Assembly (NCBI GenBank): GCA_041658885.1
Contig: JBAZZJ010000002.1
Coordinates: 14,649 to 78,648, forward strand
DNA from: Minisyncoccota bacterium
Lineage (GTDB): Bacteria > Patescibacteriota > Minisyncoccia > Phycocordibacterales > 21-14-all-36-13
Length of the DNA: 64,000 nucleotides
Direction of reading: 5' to 3'
Position numbers and translations under genes: made by a program. Positions within the stretch are counted from its first letter, which is position 1, and each line of letters begins with the position of its first letter. Below, one piece after another: positions 16,029 through 25,904 of this stretch. The notes beneath the pieces are model-generated. The model made no database searches and was not told the DNA's origin. It was given only the letters and a program-made list of their open reading frames with translations.

Positions 16029-17419
16029 TGAACGAAGAAAATAATAATAAAAATTCTTTTTCTAAATCTTTTTTAAAAGGAGAAACATCTTTTGGCTCTT
16101 GGAATATTTTATCTAAATTGATGGGTTTTGTTGCATCCATTATCGTAATTAAATATATAACTCTTTATGAATACGGTGTTTATCAGTTAGTCTTGGCTTT
16201 TAGTGGTCTTGTTGGAAGTCTATTTTTAAAATTACTCACGGATGTTTCTCTAAACGACATTATTAGATTTATTAGTGAGAAAAAAGAAAGTTTTGCAAAA
16301 AAACTTTTTCATCAATATGCATTTTTTAAAATTTCTATAGGGGCAGTATCTTTTGTTGTGATTTTTCTAGGAGCTGAAATCATTTCTAAATACTATGATG
16401 AAAATATCGCTGGCTTATTTAGGTTGGTATCTTTTTTAATTTTGATTGATTCAATTTACAATGTAATGAAAATTGTTTTAGAGATAAGATTAAAATTTAA
16501 TGCAATAGCATCTAGACCTGTTATATATCAATTTTTGAGGATAAGTCTGGTTATAGGAGTTCTTCTTTTGTTTGGATTAAATGTAGAAAAAATATTAATA
16601 GTAAATATAATAGCATCAACTCTTGCAACTGTGATATTTATTCCTCTCTTTTTGAAGAATTATTATATTTGGAAAAATATTGATAGAGAAAAAGAAAATG
16701 TTCTTTTTTCAATCATAAAAAATCACGGAAAATGGTCAATGATAAGACCAGCTATTGCTAGTATTCCAAATAATATACAACCGTGGTTAATTAAAATTTT
16801 TGTTGGAACGGAGGCGGTTGGAATCTTTAATCTGGCTTCTATGTTGTTTGCGACAATAAAAAGCTTCCTCCCATTAAATACACTAACATATTTGATTCCA
16901 TTAGAACTTTCAAATAAAGAACGCTCACAAAAAATATTTTCATATTCTGTCAAATATATAACTATTTTTTCAATATTTCTTTGGGTTGTATCATTTGTCG
17001 GTGGGTATTTATTTATTGGCACTATATTACCTAAATATGCAGAATCTCTCCCATTATTTTATATAATGCTTCTATCGCTACCTTTTTCTGCATTTGGTTC
17101 TGTCATAACCAGTTTCTTGATTGCTATGAGAAAACAAAAATATTTATTTATTCAAATGATAGTAAAAATGATTTTTTCAACCGCTATGTTTTTAATTCTT
17201 TTGCCAATATTTGGTTTGGTTGGTTTAGCAATAGAACAAATTTTAACCGCCATTTTTATTTCCACACTCATTTTAATATATTTACATAAAATAAAGGTAG
17301 GATTAAAAGTAGAATGGAATATAGTTTTTTCATTTAAAAAAGAAGATAAAATATTTATTAAAAACCTATATACAGATATAAGAAAAAAATTTAAAAATAA
17401 AATATTGTTTGCAAAATAA
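16028..17419 (+). CDS. Wzx-like polysaccharide/oligosaccharide flippase (MOP superfamily)
   Basis: 463 aa with about 12 hydrophobic helices, placed inside a glycan locus. Confidence 0.65.
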   Translation: MNEENNNKNSFSKSFLKGETSFGSWNILSKLMGFVASIIVIKYITLYEYGVYQLVLAFSGLVGSLFLKLLTDVSLNDIIRFISEKKESFAKKLFHQYAFFKISIGAVSFVVIFLGAEIISKYYDENIAGLFRLVSFLILIDSIYNVMKIVLEIRLKFNAIASRPVIYQFLRISLVIGVLLLFGLNVEKILIVNIIASTLATVIFIPLFLKNYYIWKNIDREKENVLFSIIKNHGKWSMIRPAIASIPNNIQPWLIKIFVGTEAVGIFNLASMLFATIKSFLPLNTLTYLIPLELSNKERSQKIFSYSVKYITIFSIFLWVVSFVGGYLFIGTILPKYAESLPLFYIMLLSLPFSAFGSVITSFLIAMRKQKYLFIQMIVKMIFSTAMFLILLPIFGLVGLAIEQILTAIFISTLILIYLHKIKVGLKVEWNIVFSFKKEDKIFIKNLYTDIRKKFKNKILFAK

Positions 17420-18779
17420 AATGAATAAAACAATAACAATTTTTATAACAAGTTTTCATGGACTTCTATCGAGAGTTCTTAGTGGCGGTGTTTTAGAAGG
17501 TTTGTTGAAAGATAAAAAAGTGAGAATTATTATTTTTTGTTTGGATTTTAAAAAAGATTATTATGAAAAGGAGTTCGGTTCCGAAAAAGTCATTATAGAA
17601 CCAATAGATTCTAAGATACTCCCTTTTGGGGCTTTATTGTTTCAAAAAATTGCATTTAAACTACTTTTAACAAAAACAACCAAAATACAGACATACAATG
17701 ATCTAGTAGAAAAAAAAGAATACTTACAATTTGTATCACGAAGAATTCTGTCTTTTTTGGGTAGTTTTAAATTAATGAGAAAATTATTCCGTTTTATTTA
17801 TTTTTATTTTTCTAAAAATAATTTTTTTTCAGAATATTTTGACAAATATAAACCAGGTCTAATATTTTTAATGGATTGTAAACATATGTTTGATTCACAA
17901 CTGATGCTTGAAGCAAAAAAAAGAAAAATTAAAACAATAGGAATGATAAGATCTTGGGATAATTTAACTGCAAAGGGCATTCTAAAAATCATCCCAGATA
18001 ATTTAATTGTTTATAACGAAACAATTAAAAAAGAGGCAATTAAATATTCTGATGTTGATTCCGGTTTAATATACATATCAGGTATTTCTAATTATGATAT
18101 ATATACAAATGAAAAAAGAACTCCAAGAAAAAAGTTTTTAGAAAAAATTAAGATAAATGACACCCAAAAAATAATTCTTTTTGCTCCGACGGGTAATCAC
18201 TATAGCAAAACAGACTCACAAATAATGGAAATTTTAGATAATTCAATTAAAAAAGATCTCATTCCAAATAATCCTCACGTCATAGTTAGATTTCCTCCAG
18301 GAGATTTCGTAGATACAAAAAACTTTCAACCAGGAGTAAATTTTTCGTATGATTTTGTCGTTCCAGATACAAAACTTGATAATATAAAAGATAATGAAAT
18401 GACACTTGAAAAGTCCATTTACCTTGCTGATTTGATCTATCATAGTGACGTTATTGTTGCCGGCCCGTCAACTATTTTAGTAGACGCTATAGCATTAAAT
18501 AAACCATCAATCGCGATTGGTTTTGATGGTTTTGAAAATAAAAAATATTATGAGAGCATTGGGCGTCTTTTTGATTACTCACACATGAGTAATCTGATAT
18601 CCACCGGAGCAGTAAAATTAGCAAAAAGTGAGTTAGAATTGATAAAATTTATTAACGAATATCTAAAAAATCCAGATTTAAACAAAAAAGAAAGGCAAGA
18701 CGCTGTTAACCAACAATGTTTTAAATTAGATGGAAAATCTAGTGAGAGAGTATCTAAATATATTTTGAGTAAAATATAA
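17409..18779 (+). CDS. TagB/TagF-like GT-B protein, paralog 2 of 4
   Basis: KYKPGLIFL..EAKKRKIKTIGMIRSWDNLTAKG..IILFAPTGNHYS..FKLDGKSSERVSKYI. The true start may be the ATG at 17421. Confidence 0.45.
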   Translation: MQNKMNKTITIFITSFHGLLSRVLSGGVLEGLLKDKKVRIIIFCLDFKKDYYEKEFGSEKVIIEPIDSKILPFGALLFQKIAFKLLLTKTTKIQTYNDLVEKKEYLQFVSRRILSFLGSFKLMRKLFRFIYFYFSKNNFFSEYFDKYKPGLIFLMDCKHMFDSQLMLEAKKRKIKTIGMIRSWDNLTAKGILKIIPDNLIVYNETIKKEAIKYSDVDSGLIYISGISNYDIYTNEKRTPRKKFLEKIKINDTQKIILFAPTGNHYSKTDSQIMEILDNSIKKDLIPNNPHVIVRFPPGDFVDTKNFQPGVNFSYDFVVPDTKLDNIKDNEMTLEKSIYLADLIYHSDVIVAGPSTILVDAIALNKPSIAIGFDGFENKKYYESIGRLFDYSHMSNLISTGAVKLAKSELELIKFINEYLKNPDLNKKERQDAVNQQCFKLDGKSSERVSKYILSKI

Positions 18780-18789
18780 TATTTATTAT

Positions 18790-19929
18790 ATGAAAGAATA
18801 TAAAATAAAAATAAGAAATATTTTTATTATACTTATAACGCTTATATTAAGTCCTTTCTTATTTTTTTTAATAAACAGAAAAAAAAATAATGAAAATAAA
18901 GATTTAAAAATTTTAATTATTCCACAACTAACAAGAATAGGCGACTTGATTTGTTCTACGCCCGTTTTCAGAGCTATTAAATTGTCATATCCTGAAAGTC
19001 ATTTATCTGTTCTTGTTTCGAATAAAGCAAGTGGAATCATAAAAGACAACACAAGAATTAATGAAATTATAATTTATGAAGATTATTCATTTTGGGCGCT
19101 CACAAAAAAAATCAGAAGAGAAAATTTTAATTGGGGTTTTTCTCTCTCTGCTACATCCGTAAGTACCATTTTATTTTTTTTAGGACTTATTAAAAACAGA
19201 GTTAAAACAACAAGAGAAAATAAGCCAATAACAGAAAAAATAACTGACTGGCTCAATAATTTTAAATTGTTATATAAAAATTACACTTATTTACCAAAAC
19301 ACCATCTCGATTTGCTAAAATTTATAAATATCACTAATCCAGAAGAAAAAAAAGAGATATTTTTTTCTCATGAAGGGAATAAAAAGATGGTAGCATTTTT
19401 AAAAGAAAATAATGTTTTAGAAAGAGATAAATTGGTTGGAATTAGTATTTCTGCTGGAAATAAAATAAAAGAATGGGGAGATGGAAAATTTTTATCTCTA
19501 GCTGAAACAATAATAAACAAATATAAAGTAAAAATATTTTTTTTGGGATCTAAAAAAGACGAATACAGAATTAAAAAATTATTAGAAAATAAAATAAGAG
19601 ATAAAAATTATGTAATTGCGACAAACTTTTCTCTTGAAGACCTGCCGTCTCTTATTAAAAGCTTTTCACTCTTTATGTCTGCTGATACCGGTCCGCTTTA
19701 TATTGCAAACGCAATTAATATTCCAACAATAAATATTATTGGTCCAGTTGATCCAAGAGAACAACCACCAAAAGAAGACCAAAACACTCTTCGTGTTCTC
19801 CCAACAAACAACATAGAACCAACAAGTTTTGTTTTTAAGGAGGGAAACAAAGAAAAATCAAAGGAGGCGGTTGAATCAATAAGCATTGAAATGGTTTTAG
19901 ACGCGGTTGATAAACTACTAAAAATCTAA
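18790..19929 (+). CDS. glycosyltransferase family 9 (heptosyltransferase-like)
   Basis: ILIIPQLTRIGDLICSTPVFRAIKLSYPESHLSVLV and SADTGPLYIANAINIPTINIIGP are GT9 hallmarks. Confidence 0.7.
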   Translation: MKEYKIKIRNIFIILITLILSPFLFFLINRKKNNENKDLKILIIPQLTRIGDLICSTPVFRAIKLSYPESHLSVLVSNKASGIIKDNTRINEIIIYEDYSFWALTKKIRRENFNWGFSLSATSVSTILFFLGLIKNRVKTTRENKPITEKITDWLNNFKLLYKNYTYLPKHHLDLLKFINITNPEEKKEIFFSHEGNKKMVAFLKENNVLERDKLVGISISAGNKIKEWGDGKFLSLAETIINKYKVKIFFLGSKKDEYRIKKLLENKIRDKNYVIATNFSLEDLPSLIKSFSLFMSADTGPLYIANAINIPTINIIGPVDPREQPPKEDQNTLRVLPTNNIEPTSFVFKEGNKEKSKEAVESISIEMVLDAVDKLLKI

Positions 19930-20080
19930 TAATATTAGCGAATTGCTTATCCCGTTAGAGATAAAACACGAGATACACATACAAAATAAGTAAAATGAGA
20001 ACGATAGCATTAAACAAAAATTATAAGTTAAAAAATTATGGATTGAAAAGTCCATTTAGGACTTTTCAATTTCTAATGAG

Positions 20081-21448
20081 ATGAAAACGATTTTTCTTTT
20101 TATATATCATCACTCCCATATATCTGACCTATTGAATACAAAATACATTGAATACCTTAGTTCAAAATATAAGATTGTTGTTATCTTGCCCAAAAGGGAA
20201 GGTGAAACTTCTGCAAAGAGTGGTAATTATTTTAAAAATAATAATATAGAATATGAAGAATATTCAATGGTTAATGTTAAGTGGTGGTATAGGTTTAAAC
20301 TTTTAAGAGCGTCTTGCGTAAGAAAATTTGATTATCTTCTCCATTCAAAAATAAATTATACAAGAAACAAATCAAAAGACGAAAGAAGAATCGTATTAAG
20401 AATAATTTCTCGTTTGTTGCCGATGAAATTTACAGACCCAAAGGTTTTTACATTTCTTGAAAAAATATTTACAAAGAAATCAAAACAATTTGATGAATAT
20501 GTTAAAAAATATAAACCATCATTAATTTTGACAGCCACTCCCGGGTTTACATTTTTTGAAGCGGAAGTAATTATTCTTGCTAAAAAAGCCAAAATACCAA
20601 CCACCGCCATTAACTTTACTTGGGACAACCTTACTTCAAACGGTAAGTTAATAAGAAAAACTGATTATTTAATTGTTTGGAATAATATTATTAAAAAAGA
20701 AGCAAAAGATTTTCATAATTATCCTCTTGAAAATGTTTTTATTTCTGGAAGCTTACGATTTGATTGTTATTTTGAAAAAATGAATGGCGAATTGAAAAAA
20801 GAAGAATTTTTAAAAAGCAAAAATCTTGACCCGAAACTCAAAACTATTTTTATAGCGACAATGTCGCAAAATAATTATCCAGCTCACACAGAACTGATAG
20901 AAGATATTTTAAAATTTAGAGATGAAAAAAAGATAAAAGAGAATGTAAATATTTTTGTTAGGGTTCATCCTAAAGACAGCGTTTCACTTTACGAACATCT
21001 AATAGATAAAAATATCAAAAATTTTCATATTGAAATTGCTGGTACACAAATAAAAAAAGACGGAGCTAAAGGACAAAAAATACAAATGGACGAAGAAGAT
21101 ATTTTAAATCTTAAAAATACTTTGATGAATATAGACATATCAATAAATCCTTTTTCAACGATGTCTTTGGAATCAATGATTTTTGATAAACCAGTTATAA
21201 ATATAGGACTCATAAAAGAATATAGACCAGCTTTGTATTATTTACACTACAAGCCACTTTTAGATGCAAAATCTGTAAGAGTTGCTTTTGATAAGAGACA
21301 GCTGGTTAAACATATAAATGCATATCTTGAAAACCCAAAACTTGATTCTGATAACAGAAAAAAAATAGTAAATGACTTTGTATGTTTTACAGATGGACTA
21401 TCATACAAAAGAAATGTTGATTTTTTGGATGAAATTTTAAAAAGATAA
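20081..21448 (+). CDS. TagB/TagF-like GT-B protein, paralog 3 of 4 (most divergent)
   Basis: KYKPSLILTA..AKKAKIPTTAINFTWDNLTSNG..LIVWNN..KKEA..FDKPVINIG..FTDGLSYKRNV. Confidence 0.4.
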   Translation: MKTIFLFIYHHSHISDLLNTKYIEYLSSKYKIVVILPKREGETSAKSGNYFKNNNIEYEEYSMVNVKWWYRFKLLRASCVRKFDYLLHSKINYTRNKSKDERRIVLRIISRLLPMKFTDPKVFTFLEKIFTKKSKQFDEYVKKYKPSLILTATPGFTFFEAEVIILAKKAKIPTTAINFTWDNLTSNGKLIRKTDYLIVWNNIIKKEAKDFHNYPLENVFISGSLRFDCYFEKMNGELKKEEFLKSKNLDPKLKTIFIATMSQNNYPAHTELIEDILKFRDEKKIKENVNIFVRVHPKDSVSLYEHLIDKNIKNFHIEIAGTQIKKDGAKGQKIQMDEEDILNLKNTLMNIDISINPFSTMSLESMIFDKPVINIGLIKEYRPALYYLHYKPLLDAKSVRVAFDKRQLVKHINAYLENPKLDSDNRKKIVNDFVCFTDGLSYKRNVDFLDEILKR

Positions 21449-21451
21449 AAC

Positions 21452-22819
21452 ATGAAAATAAAAACAATACTCATCCCAATTTTTCAGGGTGTTGAAGCAA
21501 GAAATATCTTACGTACGGATATATTTAAAAAACTAAGAGAACAAAAAGACATCAAAATAGTTCTGCTTGTTTCTAATGAATACAAGCTTGAATACTACAA
21601 AAAAGAATTTGGTGAAGACAATTTATTAAAATTTGAAATATTTGATGATTTTAAAAAATCTTTTTTAGAAAAACTATTTTCTAAATTTAAAATATACCTT
21701 CTCAATACGGAAACAATGGATATAAAAAGAAAATTAAGATTACACGACTCTAAAAATTATCCGAGATATCTTGTTAGTTTTGTTTTTAACAGAATTATTG
21801 CAAGACCATTTTTTATAAAGGTTGCTCGTTTTCTTGATTATTATTTGATTAAAGATAATAATTTTAAAAATCTATTTGATAAATATAATCCCAACTTAGT
21901 TTTCTTAGCGCATCTTTTTGGTGATATAGAGATATCAATACTTCGTGAAGCAAAAAAAAGAAACATTAAAACAGTTGGTTTTATAAACTCATGGGATAAA
22001 TTAACTTCAAGATGTATTTTAAGAATTTCTCCAGATTGGCTTATTGTTCCAAACGAAATTACAAAAAAGGAGGCGATAAAATATCAAAATATAGATGAAA
22101 AAAGTATTTTTGTAAGTGGACCGCCTCAGTTTGATATTTATAAACAATATGCAAATTATTCTAAAAGAGAAGATTTTTGTAAAAAACACAATATAGACCC
22201 ATCCAAAAAAATAATTTTGTTTTGTCCTCTCGGAAGTACATTTAGTAATTTTGATTGGTTGACTATAGAAATGTTAAATGATTTATATCAAAACAGAGAA
22301 ATCCCACAAGACATTCATTTTATTGTTCGTTTTCCACCAAATGATATTGTCAATATAAAAGATAATATAGATAAATCAATTTTTTCATTTCAAACCCCAG
22401 GGATAAGATTTAGTTCTAAAAGAGGAATTGATTGGGATATGAATGAAGAAGATGTGAAATTATTAATTGACACCGTGCATCATAGTTCATTGGTTATTTG
22501 TTTTCCTTCAACAATAAGTATAGATGCATCTATTCTGGACAGGCCAGTAATGAATGTTAATTTTTTATATGATAAAAGATTTAATATGGAAGGTCTTTTT
22601 CATTACTATCAAATGACACACTATAAAGAACTTTTAAAACATAATGGTATAAAGTTAGTTAAAAATAAAGAAGAATTAACTGATACAATAAATAAATACT
22701 TAGAAAACCCTAATTTGAATAAAGAAGGAAGAATGAGTATAGTTAATGAACAAGTTTGGAAGTTTGACGGTAAAGCTGGTGAAAGAGTAGCTAATTTTTT
22801 AGTTAAATTAATAAAATAA
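21452..22819 (+). CDS. TagB/TagF-like GT-B protein, paralog 4 of 4
   Basis: KYNPNLVFLA..EAKKRNIKTVGFINSWDKLTSR..IILFCPLGSTFS..WKFDGKAGERVANFL. Confidence 0.45.
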   Translation: MKIKTILIPIFQGVEARNILRTDIFKKLREQKDIKIVLLVSNEYKLEYYKKEFGEDNLLKFEIFDDFKKSFLEKLFSKFKIYLLNTETMDIKRKLRLHDSKNYPRYLVSFVFNRIIARPFFIKVARFLDYYLIKDNNFKNLFDKYNPNLVFLAHLFGDIEISILREAKKRNIKTVGFINSWDKLTSRCILRISPDWLIVPNEITKKEAIKYQNIDEKSIFVSGPPQFDIYKQYANYSKREDFCKKHNIDPSKKIILFCPLGSTFSNFDWLTIEMLNDLYQNREIPQDIHFIVRFPPNDIVNIKDNIDKSIFSFQTPGIRFSSKRGIDWDMNEEDVKLLIDTVHHSSLVICFPSTISIDASILDRPVMNVNFLYDKRFNMEGLFHYYQMTHYKELLKHNGIKLVKNKEELTDTINKYLENPNLNKEGRMSIVNEQVWKFDGKAGERVANFLVKLIK

Positions 22820-22824
22820 AATAG

Positions 22825-23808
22825 ATGCTTACAACACTTATAGCAGAATCACATAATTATTCAGATAAGGCGCTTAAAGTTTATAAGTCGCTCGGGCGAG
22901 TTTTGTTGGTCAAGAAAGACAATAAGGTTTCTAAGAAAAAACAAATTTTAAATGATATAAATATACTTGTTATAAGAAATTTGACACAGGTAGATAAAAA
23001 ATTAATTAATTTAATGCCAAAGTTAAAAGTACTTGCTTCACCCACAACCGGACTAAATCATATAGATGTAAATTATTTAAATAAAAAAAATATTAAATTG
23101 ATTTCTCTTAGAGGACAGACAAAATTTTTGGAAACGATACCTTCTACCGCCGAGCATACCATGGCTCTTTTATTATCATTAGTAAGACATATTCCATGGT
23201 CTTTTGATGAGGTTAAAAAGGGGAATTGGCCAAGGGATGAATTTATAGGAAACCAGCTCAAAAATAAAACAATAGGAATATTAGGGTATGGGAGGCTTGG
23301 TAAAATAGTAGCAAAATATTGCAAAGCTTTTGATATGAATATAATTTCTTGCGATCCAAACGTGAGCAAAGAAGTAATATTAAAAAACGGAGTTAAAAAA
23401 GTTGGATTTGATGAATTATTTAAAAAATCTGACATTGTTTCTATTCATGTACTATTAACTGAAAATACAAAAAATCTAATAAAAGAAAAACATTTTCGTA
23501 TGATGAAAAGAGATTCAATATTTATTAACACTTCAAGAGGTGAAATAATAGAAAAAAATGCTCTATATAATGCTCTAAAAGAGAAATTTATTAAAGCCGC
23601 CGCTGTTGATGTAATGTGGGACGAGAGAAAGAACGGGAACCATTTAAAAAGAGACCCACTTTGGAAATACGCAAAAACATATAAAAATTTATTAATATCA
23701 TCCCATCTCGGGGGTGTCAGCTATGAAGCAATGGAAGAAACAGAAAATTTTATAGCCGACTTAGTTAAAAAACATATTAAAAATAATAAATATACGGAGG
23801 AAAAATGA
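22825..23808 (+). CDS. D-isomer-specific 2-hydroxyacid dehydrogenase family protein
   Basis: GILGYGRLGKIVAKYCKAFDMNII (NAD site), FINTSRGEII and SSHLGG. Confidence 0.85.
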   Translation: MLTTLIAESHNYSDKALKVYKSLGRVLLVKKDNKVSKKKQILNDINILVIRNLTQVDKKLINLMPKLKVLASPTTGLNHIDVNYLNKKNIKLISLRGQTKFLETIPSTAEHTMALLLSLVRHIPWSFDEVKKGNWPRDEFIGNQLKNKTIGILGYGRLGKIVAKYCKAFDMNIISCDPNVSKEVILKNGVKKVGFDELFKKSDIVSIHVLLTENTKNLIKEKHFRMMKRDSIFINTSRGEIIEKNALYNALKEKFIKAAAVDVMWDERKNGNHLKRDPLWKYAKTYKNLLISSHLGGVSYEAMEETENFIADLVKKHIKNNKYTEEK

Positions 23809-24674
23809 ATATTTTTGAAAACAAATTTTTAAAAAAAATTATTAAAACAAACCCCGACATAAAAATTGTTGGTTTGGATAAAGATGGCAACCATAAATAC
23901 ATAATAACTGAAGAATGTTCCAATAAGGGTGAGAGGTATTTTCCAATAGTACTGGATGATAAAAACTGGGATCTTTCGGAACAAGAAAAAAGTGCCGATG
24001 AATTTAAAGATAAAATAAGAAGAATTCATGACCTTGAAAATATTGAACCCGGGAGAGAGGAAAGCATTAAAGACGACATCCGAAGAATTGAGATTATAGA
24101 GTCTATGGATTTTGGTAAACATGTTCTTGAGTTTGGGTGTTCAGATGGAACAGTGTCTATACACATTGCTAAAAATCCATCTGTCAAAAATATTGTTGGT
24201 GTAGATATAAGAAAATCCGCAATAAAAGATTCAAAAGAGAATCTAAAAAATCTTCTTGAGAATGGGTTCATATCTGAAAAAGAAAGCAAAAAGATTTCTT
24301 TTTTAAGAGGTGATATAAATAAAATTAAATTTCCTCACAAAAAATTTGACACTGTTTGTGCTTTTGAAGTTTTAGAGCACATTCATCCTTCTAATCTTGT
24401 CGGTATATTTAATAAACTATATGAACTTTTGGAAAAAAATGGCAATATGATGATTAGTTTGCCAAATCGTTATCCTAATGAAAAATATGTAAGAGAAAAC
24501 AGACACAGATGGCCGTGGCCTGACCACAAGAACTTTTTTTCCAAGATAAGTTTAGAACTCTTTCTTAGAGATTATTTTGAAAGTGTTGTTTTCTTCCCGC
24601 TTTATGGACACGAACAAGTCCACGAAAGTATTTATTTAATTTGTATATGTAATGGGAAGAAGAAGGCGCTGTAA
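23805..24674 (+). CDS. class I SAM-dependent methyltransferase with an about 100-aa N-terminal domain of unknown function
   Basis: VLEFGCSDGTVSIHIA (motif I), FDTVCAFEVLEHI. ATGA overlap with the upstream gene. Confidence 0.75.
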   Translation: MNIFENKFLKKIIKTNPDIKIVGLDKDGNHKYIITEECSNKGERYFPIVLDDKNWDLSEQEKSADEFKDKIRRIHDLENIEPGREESIKDDIRRIEIIESMDFGKHVLEFGCSDGTVSIHIAKNPSVKNIVGVDIRKSAIKDSKENLKNLLENGFISEKESKKISFLRGDINKIKFPHKKFDTVCAFEVLEHIHPSNLVGIFNKLYELLEKNGNMMISLPNRYPNEKYVRENRHRWPWPDHKNFFSKISLELFLRDYFESVVFFPLYGHEQVHESIYLICICNGKKKAL

Positions 24675-24694
24675 TACGGTGCCTTTTATTATTG

Positions 24695-24724
24695 TTGAAA
24701 GTAAGACGAAAATATGCTAAAAAT
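24695..24724 (+). promoter_or_regulatory. candidate promoter of neuC (paralogous to the one at 29337)
   Basis: TTGAAA, 17 nt, TAAAAAT. About 50 nt are homologous to the neuA upstream region. Confidence 0.45.
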
Positions 24725-24743
24725 AAGCAATCTACTCTAATTT

Positions 24744-25904
24744 ATGAAAAATCAGAAAAAAAGAAAAATTTGTTTTCTTATAACAAATCGTATCCATTAC
24801 GCCAGACAGAAACGGCTTTTAGATATTTTAAACAAGGACCCAAGATTTGATTTGCAATTAATTTTAGGAGGTTCAGTTGTTGTTCCTAAATATGGAGACA
24901 AGGTTTTTAAAGAGATAACAAACAACGGATACAATATTTCTGATACATTAAACACAATAGTTGAGGGTGGAAATAATATAGCAATGGCAAAGACAACGGG
25001 TATTTCTTTGATTGAGTTTGCATCTGCTATTGATAGATTAAATCCTGATATTGTTATTTTGCGCGGAGATAGATTTGAAGTTTTAGCTGGAGCTATTGCT
25101 GCGGCTTATTTAAATAAAACAATTGCTCACATAGAAGGAGGGGATGTTTCTGGAACGATAGATGAAAGTGTAAGACATGCAATAACAAAATTAGCTCACA
25201 TACATCTTACGACAAACGAAGATTCCTATAACAGGGTTTTGAGGATGGGTGAAAATCCAAAAAATGTTTTTAATGTTGGTTCTCTTGATGTAGAACATAT
25301 TTCCTCAACAAATAAAAAATTATCACAAAAAGTAATAGATAATACTGCGTCTGGGGCCTATTTGGATATAACAAAACCATTTATAACTGTTATGCAACAT
25401 CCAGTGACCACAGAAACAAATAATGGAGAAAATATTTTAGAAACGATTGAAGCGGTTAATAATCTAGGAATTCAGGTTTTATGGTTTTGGCCAAACGCTG
25501 ACGCGGGGACAGATAGTATTTCAAAATCTATAAGAATGTTTAGAGAACATAAAGATCCTAAAAATATAACTTTTATAAAAGAACTTTTGCCAGAAGATTT
25601 TTATGCCGTTCTTAGAAAAACATCTTGTTTGGTTGGAAATTCTTCGTGCGGAATAAAAGAATCATCATATATTGGAGTTCCCGTTGTAAACATAGGTACA
25701 AGACAAAACGGGAGAGTGAAAGCTAAAAATGTTTTAGACGTCAGGTACGATAGAAAAGAAATTAAAAACGCTATTAAATCTCAAATGAAAAATGGTTTTT
25801 ATGAACCATCTAATCTTTACTACAAACCGAACACAAGTAAAATGGTAGTTAAAATACTCGGGGAGATAGAGCCAGAAACCCAAAAAGCCTTTTTTGATTT
25901 GTAA
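24744..25904 (+). CDS. neuC: UDP-N-acetylglucosamine 2-epimerase (hydrolysing), NeuC/LegG type
   Basis: LRGDRFEVLAGAIAAAYLNKTIAHIEGGDVSGTIDESVRHAITKLAHIHLTTNE. Confidence 0.85.
   Translation: MKNQKKRKICFLITNRIHYARQKRLLDILNKDPRFDLQLILGGSVVVPKYGDKVFKEITNNGYNISDTLNTIVEGGNNIAMAKTTGISLIEFASAIDRLNPDIVILRGDRFEVLAGAIAAAYLNKTIAHIEGGDVSGTIDESVRHAITKLAHIHLTTNEDSYNRVLRMGENPKNVFNVGSLDVEHISSTNKKLSQKVIDNTASGAYLDITKPFITVMQHPVTTETNNGENILETIEAVNNLGIQVLWFWPNADAGTDSISKSIRMFREHKDPKNITFIKELLPEDFYAVLRKTSCLVGNSSCGIKESSYIGVPVVNIGTRQNGRVKAKNVLDVRYDRKEIKNAIKSQMKNGFYEPSNLYYKPNTSKMVVKILGEIEPETQKAFFDL

Noticed and set aside
19995-20084. 29-codon upstream ORF (MRTIALNKNYKLKNYGLKSPFRTFQFLMR) whose TGA overlaps the ATG of the third TagF-like paralog.
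   Set aside because: It is plausible as a coupling uORF, but there is no SD and no conservation evidence, and it spans a 12-bp hairpin (20041-20072). It is too weak to call as a feature.
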